Source of the DNA: the human T2T-CHM13v2.0 reference genome, Homo sapiens
DNA: 64,000 bases
Assembly: GCF_009914755.1 (NCBI RefSeq)
Contig: NC_060938.1
Strand: one strand, 5' to 3'
The translations under genes and the position numbers were made by a program. Position 1 is the stretch's first letter, and the number at the start of each line of letters is the position of its first letter. Positions 36,521 through 49,139 of this stretch are shown here, piece after piece. Under the pieces are notes generated by a model. That model was not told where the DNA came from, searched no databases, and saw only the letters and a program-made list of their open reading frames with translations.

Positions 36521-38916
36521 TGATATGGTTTCACTGGGTCCCCCCTCAAAATTTTATCATGAATTTTCATTCCCATAATCCCCACATGTCATAGGAGGGA
36601 CCAGGTGGAGATAATTGAATCATGGGGATGGTTTACTCCATCCTGTTCTTGTGATAGAACTCACAAGATCTGATGGTTTTATAAGGGGCTTCTCCCCTTG
36701 CTAGGTTTTATAAGGGGATTTTCCTCTGCTGCCCTGTGAAGAGGTAGCTTCCACCATGATTGTAAGTTTCCTGAGGCCTCCCTGGCCATGTAAAACTTTG
36801 AGTCAATTAAACCTGTTTCCTTTATAAATTACCCAGTCACAGTTATTTTTTCATAGCAGCATGAGAATGGACTAATATAATAAACTGGTAACACAAAGAG
36901 TGGGGCGTTGCTGTAAAGATACCAAAATATGTGAAAGTGACTTTAGAACTAGATAACAGGCAGAGGCTGGAACAGTCTGTAGAGCTCAGAGAAAGATGGA
37001 ATATGTGGGAAAGTTTGAGACTTCCTAAAGAATTATTGAATGGCTTTGAACAATGAAATTCAGGCTGAAATGGTCTCAGATGGGGATGAAGAACTTGTTG
37101 GGAACTGGAGGAAAAGTGACTCTTGCTATGCAAAGAGACTGAAGCATTTTGCCCCTGCCCTAGAGATTTGTGGAACTTTGAACTTGAGAGAAATGACTTA
37201 GAGTATTTGGTGGAAGAAATTTCTAAGTGGCAAAGCATTCAAGAGGAAACATAGCATAAAAGTTTGGAAAATTTGCAGCCTGACTATGAGATAGAAAAGA
37301 AAATCTCATTTTCTAGGGAGAAATTCAAGCCTGCTACAGAAATTTCCATAAGTAACAATAAGCCAAATGTTAATCACCAAGACCATGAGGAAAATGTCTC
37401 CAGGGCATGACAGAGACCTTCACAGCGGCCCCTCCCATCACAGGTCCTGAAGCCTAGGAGGAAAAAATGGTTTTGTGGGCCTAGCTGCAGGGTTTGAGGA
37501 GGCCCTGAATCCTCAAGTTATCAATGATGGCTTCTAGTCCTTTCCTAACTTCTGATTTCAGGGGATATTGTCTCTGGTTAGGAAAGGAAGTGGGATCCTT
37601 AAGGTGGATCCAGACTGGTGTGGCAGTTGTGGCTCGGACAGGCTGCACCCTGTCTAGTGCAACCTCAGAACATGGTGCCCTGTATCCTAGCTTCTTGAGC
37701 TGTAGCTGTGGTTAAAAGGGGTCAACATACCACTCAGGCCATTGCTTTGGAGGCTGCAAGCCCCAAGCCTTGGCAGCTTACAAGTGGTGTTGGGCCTTCA
37801 GGTGCACAAAAGTCAACAATTGAGGTTTGGGAACCTCTGCCTAGATTTCAGAGGATGTACGGAAATGCCTTGATGCCCAGACAGAAATTTTCTGCAAGGG
37901 CAGAGCCCTCATGGAAAAACCTCCATGATGGCAGTGCAGAAGCAAAATGTGGGGTTGGAGCCCCCACACAGAGTCCCCAGTGGGGCACTGCAATGGAGCT
38001 GTGAGAAGAGAGCCACCATCCTCCAGAATCTATAATGATAGATTCACTGACAGTTTACACTGTGCATCTGGAAAAGTCACAGACACTTAGTGCCAGTGCC
38101 AGCCTGTGAAAGCAGCCAGGAGGGGGCTGCATCCTGCAAAATCACAGGGCCAGAGCTGCCCAAGACCATGGGAGCCCATCTCTTGCATCAGCGTGCCCTG
38201 AATGTGAGATATGGAGTCAAGGAAGATCATTTTAGAACTTTAAGGTTTAATGACTACCCTATTTGATTTCAGACTTGCATGGCACCTGTATCCTCTTTCT
38301 TTTGGCTAATTTATCCCATTTTGAATGGATGTATTTACCCAATGCTTGTATCCCCATTGTATCTAGGAAGTAACTAACTTACTTTTGATTTTACAGGCTT
38401 ATAGGCAGAAGGGACTTGCCTTTTCTTAGATGAGACTTTGGACTTGGACTTTTGAGTTAATGCTGGAATGAGTTAAGACTTTGGGGGACTGTTAGAAGGG
38501 CATTGTTGTGTTTTGAATTATGAGGACATGAGATTTGGGAGGGACCAGGGTCAGAATGATATGGTTTGGCTTGGGCCCCACCCAAATCTTATCTTGAATT
38601 GCAGTTCTCATAATCCCTACATGTCATGGGAGGGACCAGGTAGAGATAATTGAATTGGGGGGCAGTTTCCCCCATCCCATACTTGTGATAGTGAGTGAGT
38701 ATTCATGAGATCTGATGGTTTTATAAGGGGCTTCCCCCTTTCCTGGGCACTCATTCTCTCCTCTGCCACCCTGCAAAGGGGTGCCTTCCACCATAATTGT
38801 AAGTTTTCTGAGGCCTCTCTGGCCATGCAGAGCTGTGAGTCAATAAAAACTCTTTCCTTTATAAATTACCCAGTCTTGATTATTTCTTCATAGCAGAGTT
38901 TGAACAGACTAATGCA
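36521..38916 (+). mobile_element. Full-length two-LTR MaLR element (THE1D/MSTA-like)
   Basis: LTRs at 36521-36879 and 38557-38916 (TGATATGGTTT...ACTAAT..A) around ~1.68 kb of internal sequence. Perfect TSD TACTA (36516-36520 / 38917-38921). Confidence 0.95.
37486..37640. repeat. 155-bp ectopic copy of 35646-35800 (ERV RT region) inside the THE1 internal sequence
   Basis: Direct comparison gives 151/155 identical, no gaps, same orientation, offset 1840 bp. Confidence 0.95.
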
Positions 38917-41496
38917 TACTATCTTGTCCCATGGCCTGTTTCTGCGTCTTCCTCCTGATATCAGGGGCTGCCTGAGTAATAAACTTATCCTTTAGGATTA
39001 GTTGTCCCCTAACTGAATCAGGAGATAGAGAGGTGTGCATTACCAAGTCCCCTCTTAGTCTTTCCAGGAAGGCAGTGGGATTTTCATTAAATCCCAGGAC
39101 TATCATGCACAGTTTGGAGTAGTTGAGATGTTTAGTTCTAGTCCTTTGTAAGCCTTCCGTTATACATGCCTGAATGTGTTTCCTACTCCATTCTCACATT
39201 TCATCACTGGGATCCCATTTAGGGTCCTCTAATGGTACTGCTACTCTTCCAGTTGGATAAGGCTCATCTTCGTCCCTGACACTATATGAGATACAAAGCT
39301 CATCCCCAAATCTCTCTGTCAGTTTCAGGGCAGCCTGCTTCTCAGTGCTAGTCAGGGTTTGATTCAAAAGTAACATAACTTCTTTCCAGGAAAGTTCAAA
39401 TACTTGAGTTAAATTCTGGAAAGCCTCTCTATACCTGTCAGGGTCATCTGAAAATTTGCCAAGATCCCCTTTAATTTGCCTTAAGTCCAGTAGAGAGAAA
39501 GGTACCTGCACCTTACTGGGGCCATATTCACCAGACATCTGTTATAGGGACAGGAGTGAGACTGGGGCTTGTCTGAAATGAGGATTTCTAGAATGGGGCA
39601 AGTGAGAGAGAAAAACTGGGTGGAACGATGAGGTGGACTTGGAGTAGCAGGGCCAAAAGGAGCTGGCTCTCGTGCTGAAGGAGCCTCTGCGGTTTCTCTA
39701 GTTCCCTGGCGTTGCCCCTTGCAGCCTCTCCTGAGACGGCCAGTAGGGGAGGGCTGTGTTAATCCTACAATGTCAGGAAAGGTCTGAGTTACTCTGCAAG
39801 GGAAAGAAAACCTGCACATCGGAGAACTTGGACCATCTTCTCTCCAATTTACAGAAAAGGCCCAGCTCCAGGATGGTGTCAAATGGTCTTCCTGAGGCCA
39901 AGCCAGTCATTTCAGCAAATTACAGTTTGGCCAAACTCATGTCCAAAGAGCTATGAGACTTTTTTTTTTTTTTTCTCTCCAGAGTCTGAGGGTCAAAGCA
40001 GTCCCAGTGATTCAGGATACACTCCAAAGGAACGTAGACTAAAGATGGTTGGTTACCCATCTGAAAGAGAGGTAAAGATGTTTCCTTTAGTTCCTTTCTC
40101 TCTTTCAGTGAAATGCCAGGATGTGTGAGGGAGAGAAAGAAAGGGAATCCCCTTTTTGTCTTCCATCTTTTTATCCCCAAGTCCCAGCAACCTCGTCAGA
40201 TACTGCCCATGGGTGCCAGTGCAACCTTCACCCATTGGCCTAGAAGGTAGGAATTATTTGCACTCCCTTACCTGCTGCCTATCTCCTCTGCTGTCAGTAG
40301 CCTCTGATGTCCTTAGACCTCATCTATGCCATGAATATGAACTTGACCTCCTTCCATGAAGTGGAAACCTAATCAGCAGGAATTAGTCCTAACCACCTAT
40401 GCCATGCCCCTTGACTTCCATGTTGCCTGCCTTTGGATACCTCAGATCGTTTTCCTTTCTAGGGCTTCAACCCGAAGCTTGGAATTGAGCTTGTGACAAA
40501 ATGGTACCTCAGGAGTGTGCATGGGTTTATTTAAATTCAGTCCCAGGTAGCCCTCACCAAATTTATAGCCAGCAGCCTGTGGGGCTGCTCCTCCATTGCT
40601 TCCCTATTATAAGCAGAGTGCTAAAGTGAAGCTGTGGAACCAGGCCCTTCTCAAACAAGTGAGGGAAGGGAAGTCCCGTGAATTGGAGACCTAGTCTAGT
40701 GAGATGCTTCCCGAAAGGGGAAAAAAAACCCTCTCAACATTGAAAAGCCCCCTGCATTTGCAGGGCTATGTGAAATCCTGACATGGTGGAAAAAAAGAGG
40801 AAAAAACAACAACAACAAAAAACAGCTTTAATGCAGGGAGGGAAAGGTGCCTGGGGGGAAGAAGGCTCTTGCTCTATGCAAATTGATTTTTTCAACAGGG
40901 AGAACAAAAAAAAAAAAAAAAAAACACCTCTTAACTGTTGCTTTCTCCCTGCTTCTAAGAATAGATGAAAACCATGTTGTTCTGAATTACATTTTTGATG
41001 ACTGTGCCAAGTGCTCATCCTACCCAGTAATATCTGTGTAGTCTGCAACAACACTCTTAACCTTATAAAAGAAGAGATAGGAACCATTATAATCCATGAA
41101 AGAAGTGGGAGAAATGCCATAGAAAAGTCCGGGGGTCTTGGCCGAAACCCTAGTGGGTGGTCAGGAACTGGAGCCAGTCTGGGAGCCTTCAGAAAACACC
41201 AAGGTGTGGCCTTGGCCAGATGCCTTCAGTTGCCCCAAAACCTTATTCCAATCCTGCAACAACTAGACCTCTGTAAAGGGAAACAAAGCCAGGATTCTGT
41301 ACACCCAAGAGTCACGGGATGGGGGCTGGCAGGGTCCTCCCCCAGCATCCTGTCCTCTGTAACTGCTCCATTTGCTCTTAACTAGCTAATCAGAGGTTTG
41401 GTTCTTCATCTGCCTTCAGAGAAAAGTCTGAGGGCAAGAAGCCTCATAAAGAAAAGTGAAGAGTCATAGATTCATGTTCTCTCACCCTTCTGATGA

Positions 41497-41514
41497 ATCC
41501 CAGACAAACCCCCA
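41497..41514 (-). promoter_or_regulatory. Retroviral primer binding site, tRNA-Pro
   Basis: Minus strand TGGGGGTTTGTCTGGGAT versus canonical PBS-Pro TGGGGGCTCGTCCGGGAT: 15/18 match, and all three differences are C>T. A donor-like GG/GTGAGA follows. Confidence 0.88.
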
Positions 41515-42592
41515 GATGACTAGCTGAAACCTATGGAAAAAGAAAGGGCTCAGACAAAAGCAAGCCAGTTAAAAAGCAGAAGAGAGAGCAACCCAATTGA
41601 ACAGGACATTTCCAAATTGTTATTCTGCTGGACTGGCATGAGATACTAGTAATTCACCCCTGAGATACATTATCACCAATGTTCACTATTCCCTTGAAAT
41701 CCCCAGCTTGTAAAAGACTGGTACTGTACTTTAAATATTGTCTTCTCAACTTTGTCATTAAAAATGACAATGTTTTCAATAGATTTCATAAATCACTACT
41801 AAATGTCTTTTAGTTTCTTCATATGTATAGTTACTCTGAACTCAATGATTCATTTTATCTAGACGAATAGGCACATTGTGAAAATGTCTTTATAGAAACA
41901 AAGAGACAATGTGTTGGCAGTATTCTTTGTCTCATAATATGAAAGATTATGAAGACTTCTTTTAAATTATTTAAAAGCAAGCAGTTGAGACACATGCTAC
42001 CTTCCTAAAGTAACATCAGTTAATTTATTTAAACTGCTTTCATTTGTACTTTGAGTCACAGAGACTGCAGGACAAGCAGTGATCATAATATAGGACATTT
42101 CTATATGCAAAAATAATTGCTTACTTTAGGCCTGAGTCAACTGACATGGTAGAAAAATGACATTATTAAGCAGGAAAACCAGAATGTAATATCAAGTGTT
42201 GCCATTTTTTGGCCAGACAACTTTAAGGTATTTAGTTATTAAGTTTCTTGGACACAGTTTTCTGGTTTATTAATTCATACAATAAAATATTTATAAAACG
42301 AGAAAGCTAGACGAAATCGGTTTTTGTATAAGTGGGCTAGTTGTCACTGGAGTAAGATAAACAGCACTTATATGGTGCATGAACAAGCATTGAGTGACAC
42401 TAAAAAATCTGGATCATCAAATGATTGAGGCTTCTCTTGATGTTTTGATGACCACTCACAAAATACCTCAGCTGGGTATTGGAAATTCCCCGAAAGAGAA
42501 AGACATTTCAGGTTCACAGCTCTCTTAGGAAGAATATATAAATATAATTAAGTAATACTGTCTTTTTTAATTTGTTGTTGTAATTATTTTAA

Positions 42593-42925
<333 letters not shown>

Positions 42926-43075
42926 TAGATAATCCATTATCATTTAATAACATTTCTGAGGGCATATTTTGTTCTATTTCCTGATGCCTGGGAACAATAG
43001 CATTGTAGTGTTTTTTTCTCTTCTTTTTATAGATCATTTCCATGTCCCTTAAAAGTGAAATGGGCAACACAAAGC

Positions 43076-43107
43076 CTTCATTCATTCATTCATTCATTCA
43101 TTCATTC
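43076..43107. repeat. (TTCA)n microsatellite
   Basis: TTCATTCATTCATTCATTCATTCATTCATTC. Confidence 0.9.
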
Positions 43108-43770
43108 TTCATTGTGGAAAAAACATGAAATAAAATTTACCATTTTAACCATTTTTAAGTCAATTTTTAACCATTTTCACTTAGCATAATGTCTTCATGT
43201 TTTATCCATATAGTAGCATGTGTCAGAATTTCCTTTTCTGTAAGGCTGAATAATATTTTATGGCATGTATATACCGTCTTTTATTTATCCATTCAACCGT
43301 CTATGGTTACTTGTGTTGCTTCTGCGTTTTGGTTAGTATGAATAATGGTGCTACAAATGTGGGTATTCAAATAACTTTTGAGTCCTTACTTTCAATTCTG
43401 TTGGCATATGCTTTGAAGTGGAAATGCTGGATTATATGCTAATTCTATGTTTACTTTTTAAGGAAGTACAATACTGTTTTCCACAGTGGATGCATCATCT
43501 TACATTTCTATCAGTAATGAGTACTGGTTGCAATTTCTCCACCAACATGTGATTTTCTGTTTTTGTTTGCTAATAGCCACCCTAATTGGTGTGAAGTGGT
43601 ATCTCATTGTGGTTTTGATTTGCATTTCCCTAATGATTAATGATGGTGAGGATCCTTTTATATGCTTATTGGTTATTTGTATATCTTTAGAGAAACGTCT
43701 TTGCAAGTCTTTTTCTCATGTTTTAAATTAGTTTTTTGTTGTTGTTGTTGTTGTTGATGTTGTTGAGTTT
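43108..43770 (-). mobile_element. Old L1 (L1MB-like) 3' fragment
   Basis: The ORF at 43500-43706 gives the L1 ORF2 C-terminal peptide SLIIREMQIKTTMRYHFTPIRVA; the 3' UTR has AAAATTTACCATTTTAACCATTTTTAAGT. Confidence 0.85.
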
Positions 43771-44480
43771 ATTCATTCATCTCCCCAACCACTCAAGAAT
43801 AAACAGGACCTACATTTTAATGACAGAGAAGCAAATATTAAAGTATTGAAACCTAAGTGGCCTTGCTAAGTTATGTATGGTTCAAGAGCCATGGTGACCA
43901 CCAAGTTTGGAACAGCTAGCTCTGTTAGGGGTGTAAAAGATGCTACATTAAGAGCAATCACCATTCTGCATCTTACTAGGAATAGTTTGTCTATGAATGG
44001 CAAAACAAGGTTGTTTCACAAATATTAAGAAGTAAATGGTTACATGAGTCCAAGAAATTATAATGATGTCATTGCTATGAAAATAGAAAACAGTAACTTG
44101 TCACACTACCCTCATTTAAATGATTTTAAATGAACTTTTTAAATTTCTTTAAATTGTCACACACAAGCCATATGCATTGGAAAATACCATCAAGAATAAC
44201 GTGAAGAATGTTTCTCTTCATTTCAAATGAGAAAGAACAATATCTAGATGGAGGTTTTCTATCTCTATCCTCAAGATACTGATAAATTCTCTAAAAAAAA
44301 AAAATGAAGGCTGGTGTACTATGCCATCAGACTAGTTTTTCTTTTTTTCTTAATTTGGTTTCCAAACGCTAGCATTCCACATATATTAAACAGAAGTCAC
44401 ATGAGAAATGATTCTGCAATTTAATAAAGTATGGTGGTTAAACAAAGTTAAAAATATTATATTAATATAAACTCAGAATT

Positions 44481-44790
<310 letters not shown>

Positions 44791-45699
44791 ACTCAGAATT
44801 ATTAATAAAATAATGTGCATTGTATATCTTTGTAAAGGGAAGATAGTATAATATAATTTTGAAACATCTTTCTGTTTGGAATCATGTCTTACTAATTTGA
44901 CTACCCTTTCACTGCTTCATTCTTTGCCTGGAATCTAGTGGGTCCTTAGTCAATGGCCAATGTTATCTGAACAAATGAGTGAGATCTAAGCAGGAGGAAA
45001 GGCAGATACAGTACTCAGATAAGTGAACACATATTAAGAAAATTACTTATTGTGCACCAGAAACAGGCATATTTTTTTGTGCTAAAAAAGCAAAAAAACA
45101 AACTAACAACAACAACAAACCAGAAACATATCTTTACCAGAATTTTAGTTGAGAGTAAAATCTGCAGATTGCTGGGTTTTCTATGGCCAACACCATTGCT
45201 TCAATTATTTTCTACCCTTTAACATCAATTGCATCATGAACTGAGGGCAGAGAACTCTTCATTTTAGTTGCAATTGGTTTATTTCACTGAAATATGATAA
45301 ATGATTATTGTTATCTTAAGACAAAAATGCAAACGTTATTAATGAACAATGAAATAAACTACTCAGACCTTTAAATTGTCCAGGCACCAGATTTGATTCT
45401 GTGACCTTCTAATGTAGGAAATTTCAAGAGGTGGGATAAATTTACTCTGAAACAATGTTTCTTTCTGTTTGTTGTACATTTAATGGCCTTTCATTTCATC
45501 TAAAGTCATCCTGTTCCCATGATCTGGAAAGCATCTACATAAAGAATCCTGGAGGTTTTCCATGACATGTTGAACTCCAGGAAGAGCATTGAATGCCCCT
45601 TCAAGAGCCTTTAACTGCTGCAGACATCACAATGGCCCTGTCAATCTGGAGGTATTTCCACTTCCCTTACACACGGGGCACTTGTTTATATCATCATTA

Positions 45700-46290
45700 T
45701 GCAACTCTCATCTTCATGTCTCTTTAAAGTTTGTTTCCTCTGCTTGGAAAACCTCATTTCCATCACCCTCTTTCCTCCTTATTTTTCAGGTCTCTTTAAG
45801 TTCTATCTTCCACCAGAGTATCTATATCAATCCCGCCTTAATAGGTAAGGAGTCCCTCCTATAAATTTCAACAGTTCTTTGTTCTTCCTCCATTAAACCA
45901 CTTATGACGTTGCATTTCAAACTGCCTGTGCAGTCATCTGTTTCCCCCATGAGACTTGAAGGGGATTAACATGACTTTTTCCGCCCTTACCTTTTTATCT
46001 GTAGGGTCTAAGACAAAGCTGCTAGATAGCAATGGCTAAAAAATATTTGTTGACAGAATGAATGGATGCATGTAGGCGCGTATTCTATTAATAAATCATT
46101 CTGTAGATACATATGCCCTGGTTCAAAAGTAGTGAACATGCTAGGCACAGTCTCTGGACTTGCAGAACTCATGTTGGGAGAAGGGCAAAAAACAAGTTCA
46201 CAAAGAAATATGTAATATTGTGACAGCTGTTTGTAAATGCTAATAAGAAATTTTTTCTGTAAAGGGGCAAACAATGACTGAGAGGTGGGT
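45700..46290. mobile_element. Two tail-to-tail L2 fragments (+ ~45700-46070, - ~46075-46290)
   Basis: A plus-strand end AAATATTTGTTGACAGAATGAATG, then a minus-strand end TATTCTATTAATAAATCATT..TATGCCCTGG. Confidence 0.5.
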
Positions 46291-48954
46291 AGGCTATTAC
46301 AAAATCAAAGGGCAGGTAAATTTTAAATCAAGAGAAGCCATGTATTCGTTCAGAAGAACAAAGGGAGTATATTGAAGAGTAAATAGGTCACAGTGCAAAG
46401 AAATTTTTTATAAAATATACTGCGATTACCAAGTTTTATCTGAAAATACATTCACCAATAGTAGTGTTTTATTTATATTTCTTAGAGGCTATTAGTGATC
46501 ATGAAGGAAAGGTAAAAAGTAAACAACACATAGAATATATAGACATATATGTATATAAACATAGATATACAATGTAGGCATGGATAGAGACAGTCAAGTA
46601 AATGTTAAAATTGTATAATGCTTTTCAATAATAACTCAAAGATAACCACGACCCTACCATAGAAAGGGAAGCAAACATTGTATTTAGACATCTTCTTAAT
46701 TAGGCCTAAGCACAGTCAGGAAGAGCAAGACAGCAAACCAGGACAAGGTCCCATGCTTGGATCTTATTGCAACAATAAACAAAACCATAAATCAGTAAGT
46801 AATTTAAAACTGTGATTTTTATTTATTTGGATTTACGACTTTTTCATTCCCAAATTTTGACATATTCTTTACCATAGAAACACCATGAAGCATCTGGTTG
46901 GAGTAGCATGGGCTAAATGTACAGTGTAGAGTAGAAATGAAATAATGGTCTGATTGTTGGCTTGGCTTGTTTTAGAGTGTGTTCTGAGTGTGCAAATCTT
47001 TCTTTCCTCTTGTTACTTAAGGAGCACCTGAAGCTCAGTGGTTTTTATGATTAACAAAAATGATCAAAGCATTATTTAAAAATTATGTCATCTATCAAGC
47101 ATTCAAAAGGGGCTAGGGGATTATCTTTTTATTCAAGTTACCGATACTGACTATAAATACTACTTGCATATACGACATACCAGTGTAATCCAAATAACAC
47201 CTAATATTAAGGATAGAATATTTTCATTTATATAACTTAGATATGAAGGACACAATCTTCATAATAAAATCATCATGTATATGAAAATGAAACAAACAGG
47301 CCCACCTTATTATTATTATGCAATAATGATAAATTCACTTTTTATTAATCTTCCACCTGATGCACAGCTATAATTACTAATGCCAGATTATCCTCTCATT
47401 TAATAATTGAGGCAGTTGTCATATTTACAAAGATGCCAGGGAAATTCTTGCAACCTTGCTTAGCTTTGACAACTATTCATTTGCTGTAAGATTGCCAGCA
47501 ACACATTAGATACGATTAAATGAAAAATCATTTCCATTTGAATGATGCGATCTTTGTGTTCTTTCTTTATTAAAAACACACAATACACTTGAAATGTACA
47601 ATTGTATTCAAATGATTATTCATGGAATACAAAGCACTGTTTATGTAAAAAAAATCACTCTCTATTTTTACATCTAAATTTGCTGAAATGTACTGGGATT
47701 GAACACATCTGTTGGAAGAGTTAGATAGGGTCCTTGCAGCAGTCTTCTCTTGTCTAAACCAGCTCACTGGCACTTAAAACAGAACTAAATAATCTTGCTT
47801 GATTTTCTTTTGTCCCGGGAGGAGGAGAACTTCTGATTACCTCTTTGGGGAACAAGCACATTTGTTCTGTCTGCAGCTAAGAAGGGAAGGCTACCCACCA
47901 TTCAGAAATTGTAATTCAGGTTCATGCTGCGAATACTGAAGAATATGTGAGACACAGAGGTCTAAAGGCTTAGTCACTACATCTGAGAGATGTCCATTCA
48001 CAAATAATAGCTAGAAACAGGATGGAGACAATGTGTCTTCATAATTGCATAAATGAATTTTTCAAGTAGGTGCAGAAATTGAAATAATTAGGTAAAAGGA
48101 GATTACAGATCGCCATGATCTGGGGATGAAAATAAATAGGAATGTTAGAGGGCTTGTAAGAATAAGATGTCCCACTATGAGCAATGAGAATTACACATAT
48201 TTGCTCGTCCTGGTCTACATCACAATTAGATCAATAAAATAGCTAGAACCTTTGAGTTCTATCTCATAAATTCAATGAGGAATATTGTTGAGTTTTGTAT
48301 GTCTGAAAGGGCAGCAGGGAAAAAATAGAGAATAAGAAAGCTGCATCTCAGACATACAGCAGCCAAAACCTCAATTCTATGTCAAGCTCTCTCCTAGACT
48401 AACTTCTATGTAAAAACTACTTGTCTCAAAGAGAAGTTATGAAATAGTGTTTAAGAACTCCAAATTCAAAGACACTAAAACTTAAATGGACAGGTGAAAT
48501 CTCACGCTAGTCTTCCTTGGACCTCTCCAAATGTAATGTGCATACTTTTTACTCATTTTTAAAATATATTTGTCTGATGATAGATTCCTACATTAATTTA
48601 ATATTTTGATGTTATGTCTATACCCCTTATATATGTTTGTCTTTATTGGTATGTGTGCTTGTTTTATTTAAGTATACCACCTTAAGTAGAAGTCTGTGTC
48701 CATGAATGGTTTTAGGTTAACATATTTTTAAGAGACTCATATTTTAAACATTAATTGATTTGCTATTTAAAGGAGTATTATAGTAAGGTTTTTATAGGAT
48801 TAGTTACCTCTAATTGATCTCGTGTGTAAGTTAACATTGATACATACTAGGTATGTTTAAGAGAGATTTCTAATGCAGTTATTGGTTACTCATAGGTAAG
48901 GGTCCAGTCTTTGTGGTTATCTTTGCATAGAATCAAGCACAAGCCTTGCCATTC

Positions 48955-49101
48955 AGAGATTGGTCTGTGTAACAGCAGCATCAGCATTCGCTGGAAGCAT
49001 ATTAGAAATGTAGACTCTTACTCTGAATCTGATAAATCAGAATTTGTATTTTAATAAGATCATCTGATGATCATATGCTTATTGAAGTTCCAGAAGCAGT
49101 G
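48955..49101. mobile_element. hAT-Charlie MITE (MER5-like)
   Basis: CAGCAGCATCAGCAT..CTGGAAGC..TTAGAAATGTAGA..AATCAGAATTTGTATTTTAATAAGATC. Confidence 0.7.
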
Positions 49102-49139
49102 ACCTAAACAATTTTCTTTGTAACTTGTTTTATAGATAC

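Larger units (their letters stand above)
36204..40060 (-). pseudogene. ERV gag pseudogene, interrupted by a full-length THE1/MST element
   Basis: Start MGNQPS..PLECILNHWDCFDPQTL (ATG at 40060). Capsid PFSLLDLRQIKGDLGKFSDDPDRY; MHR-like ENPTAFLERL and KFITQAAPDIRRK. Zinc knuckles CYKCGKSVHFRKNC (36326-36367) and CPICNGDH*RVDC (36257-36295). Ends QQD-TGA. Confidence 0.92.
29818..41519 (-). mobile_element. Decayed class I ERV provirus (HUERS-P3 group; LTR9-like LTR, tRNA-Pro PBS), 5' LTR absent, three nested MaLR insertions
   Basis: On the minus strand the order is PBS-Pro, leader, gag, pro, RT, RNase H, integrase, env remnant, LTR (TGATAGTGGCAGGAGGCAGACAAATGCCTAG...AAAAATCCTGCATCA). The translated fragments are gammaretrovirus-like. 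Confidence 0.92.

Noticed and set aside
32433-40060. Possible domesticated or intact retroviral gene
   Set aside because: gag and pol have many stops and frameshifts, the protease DTG is mutated, MaLR insertions split both genes, and env is essentially absent.
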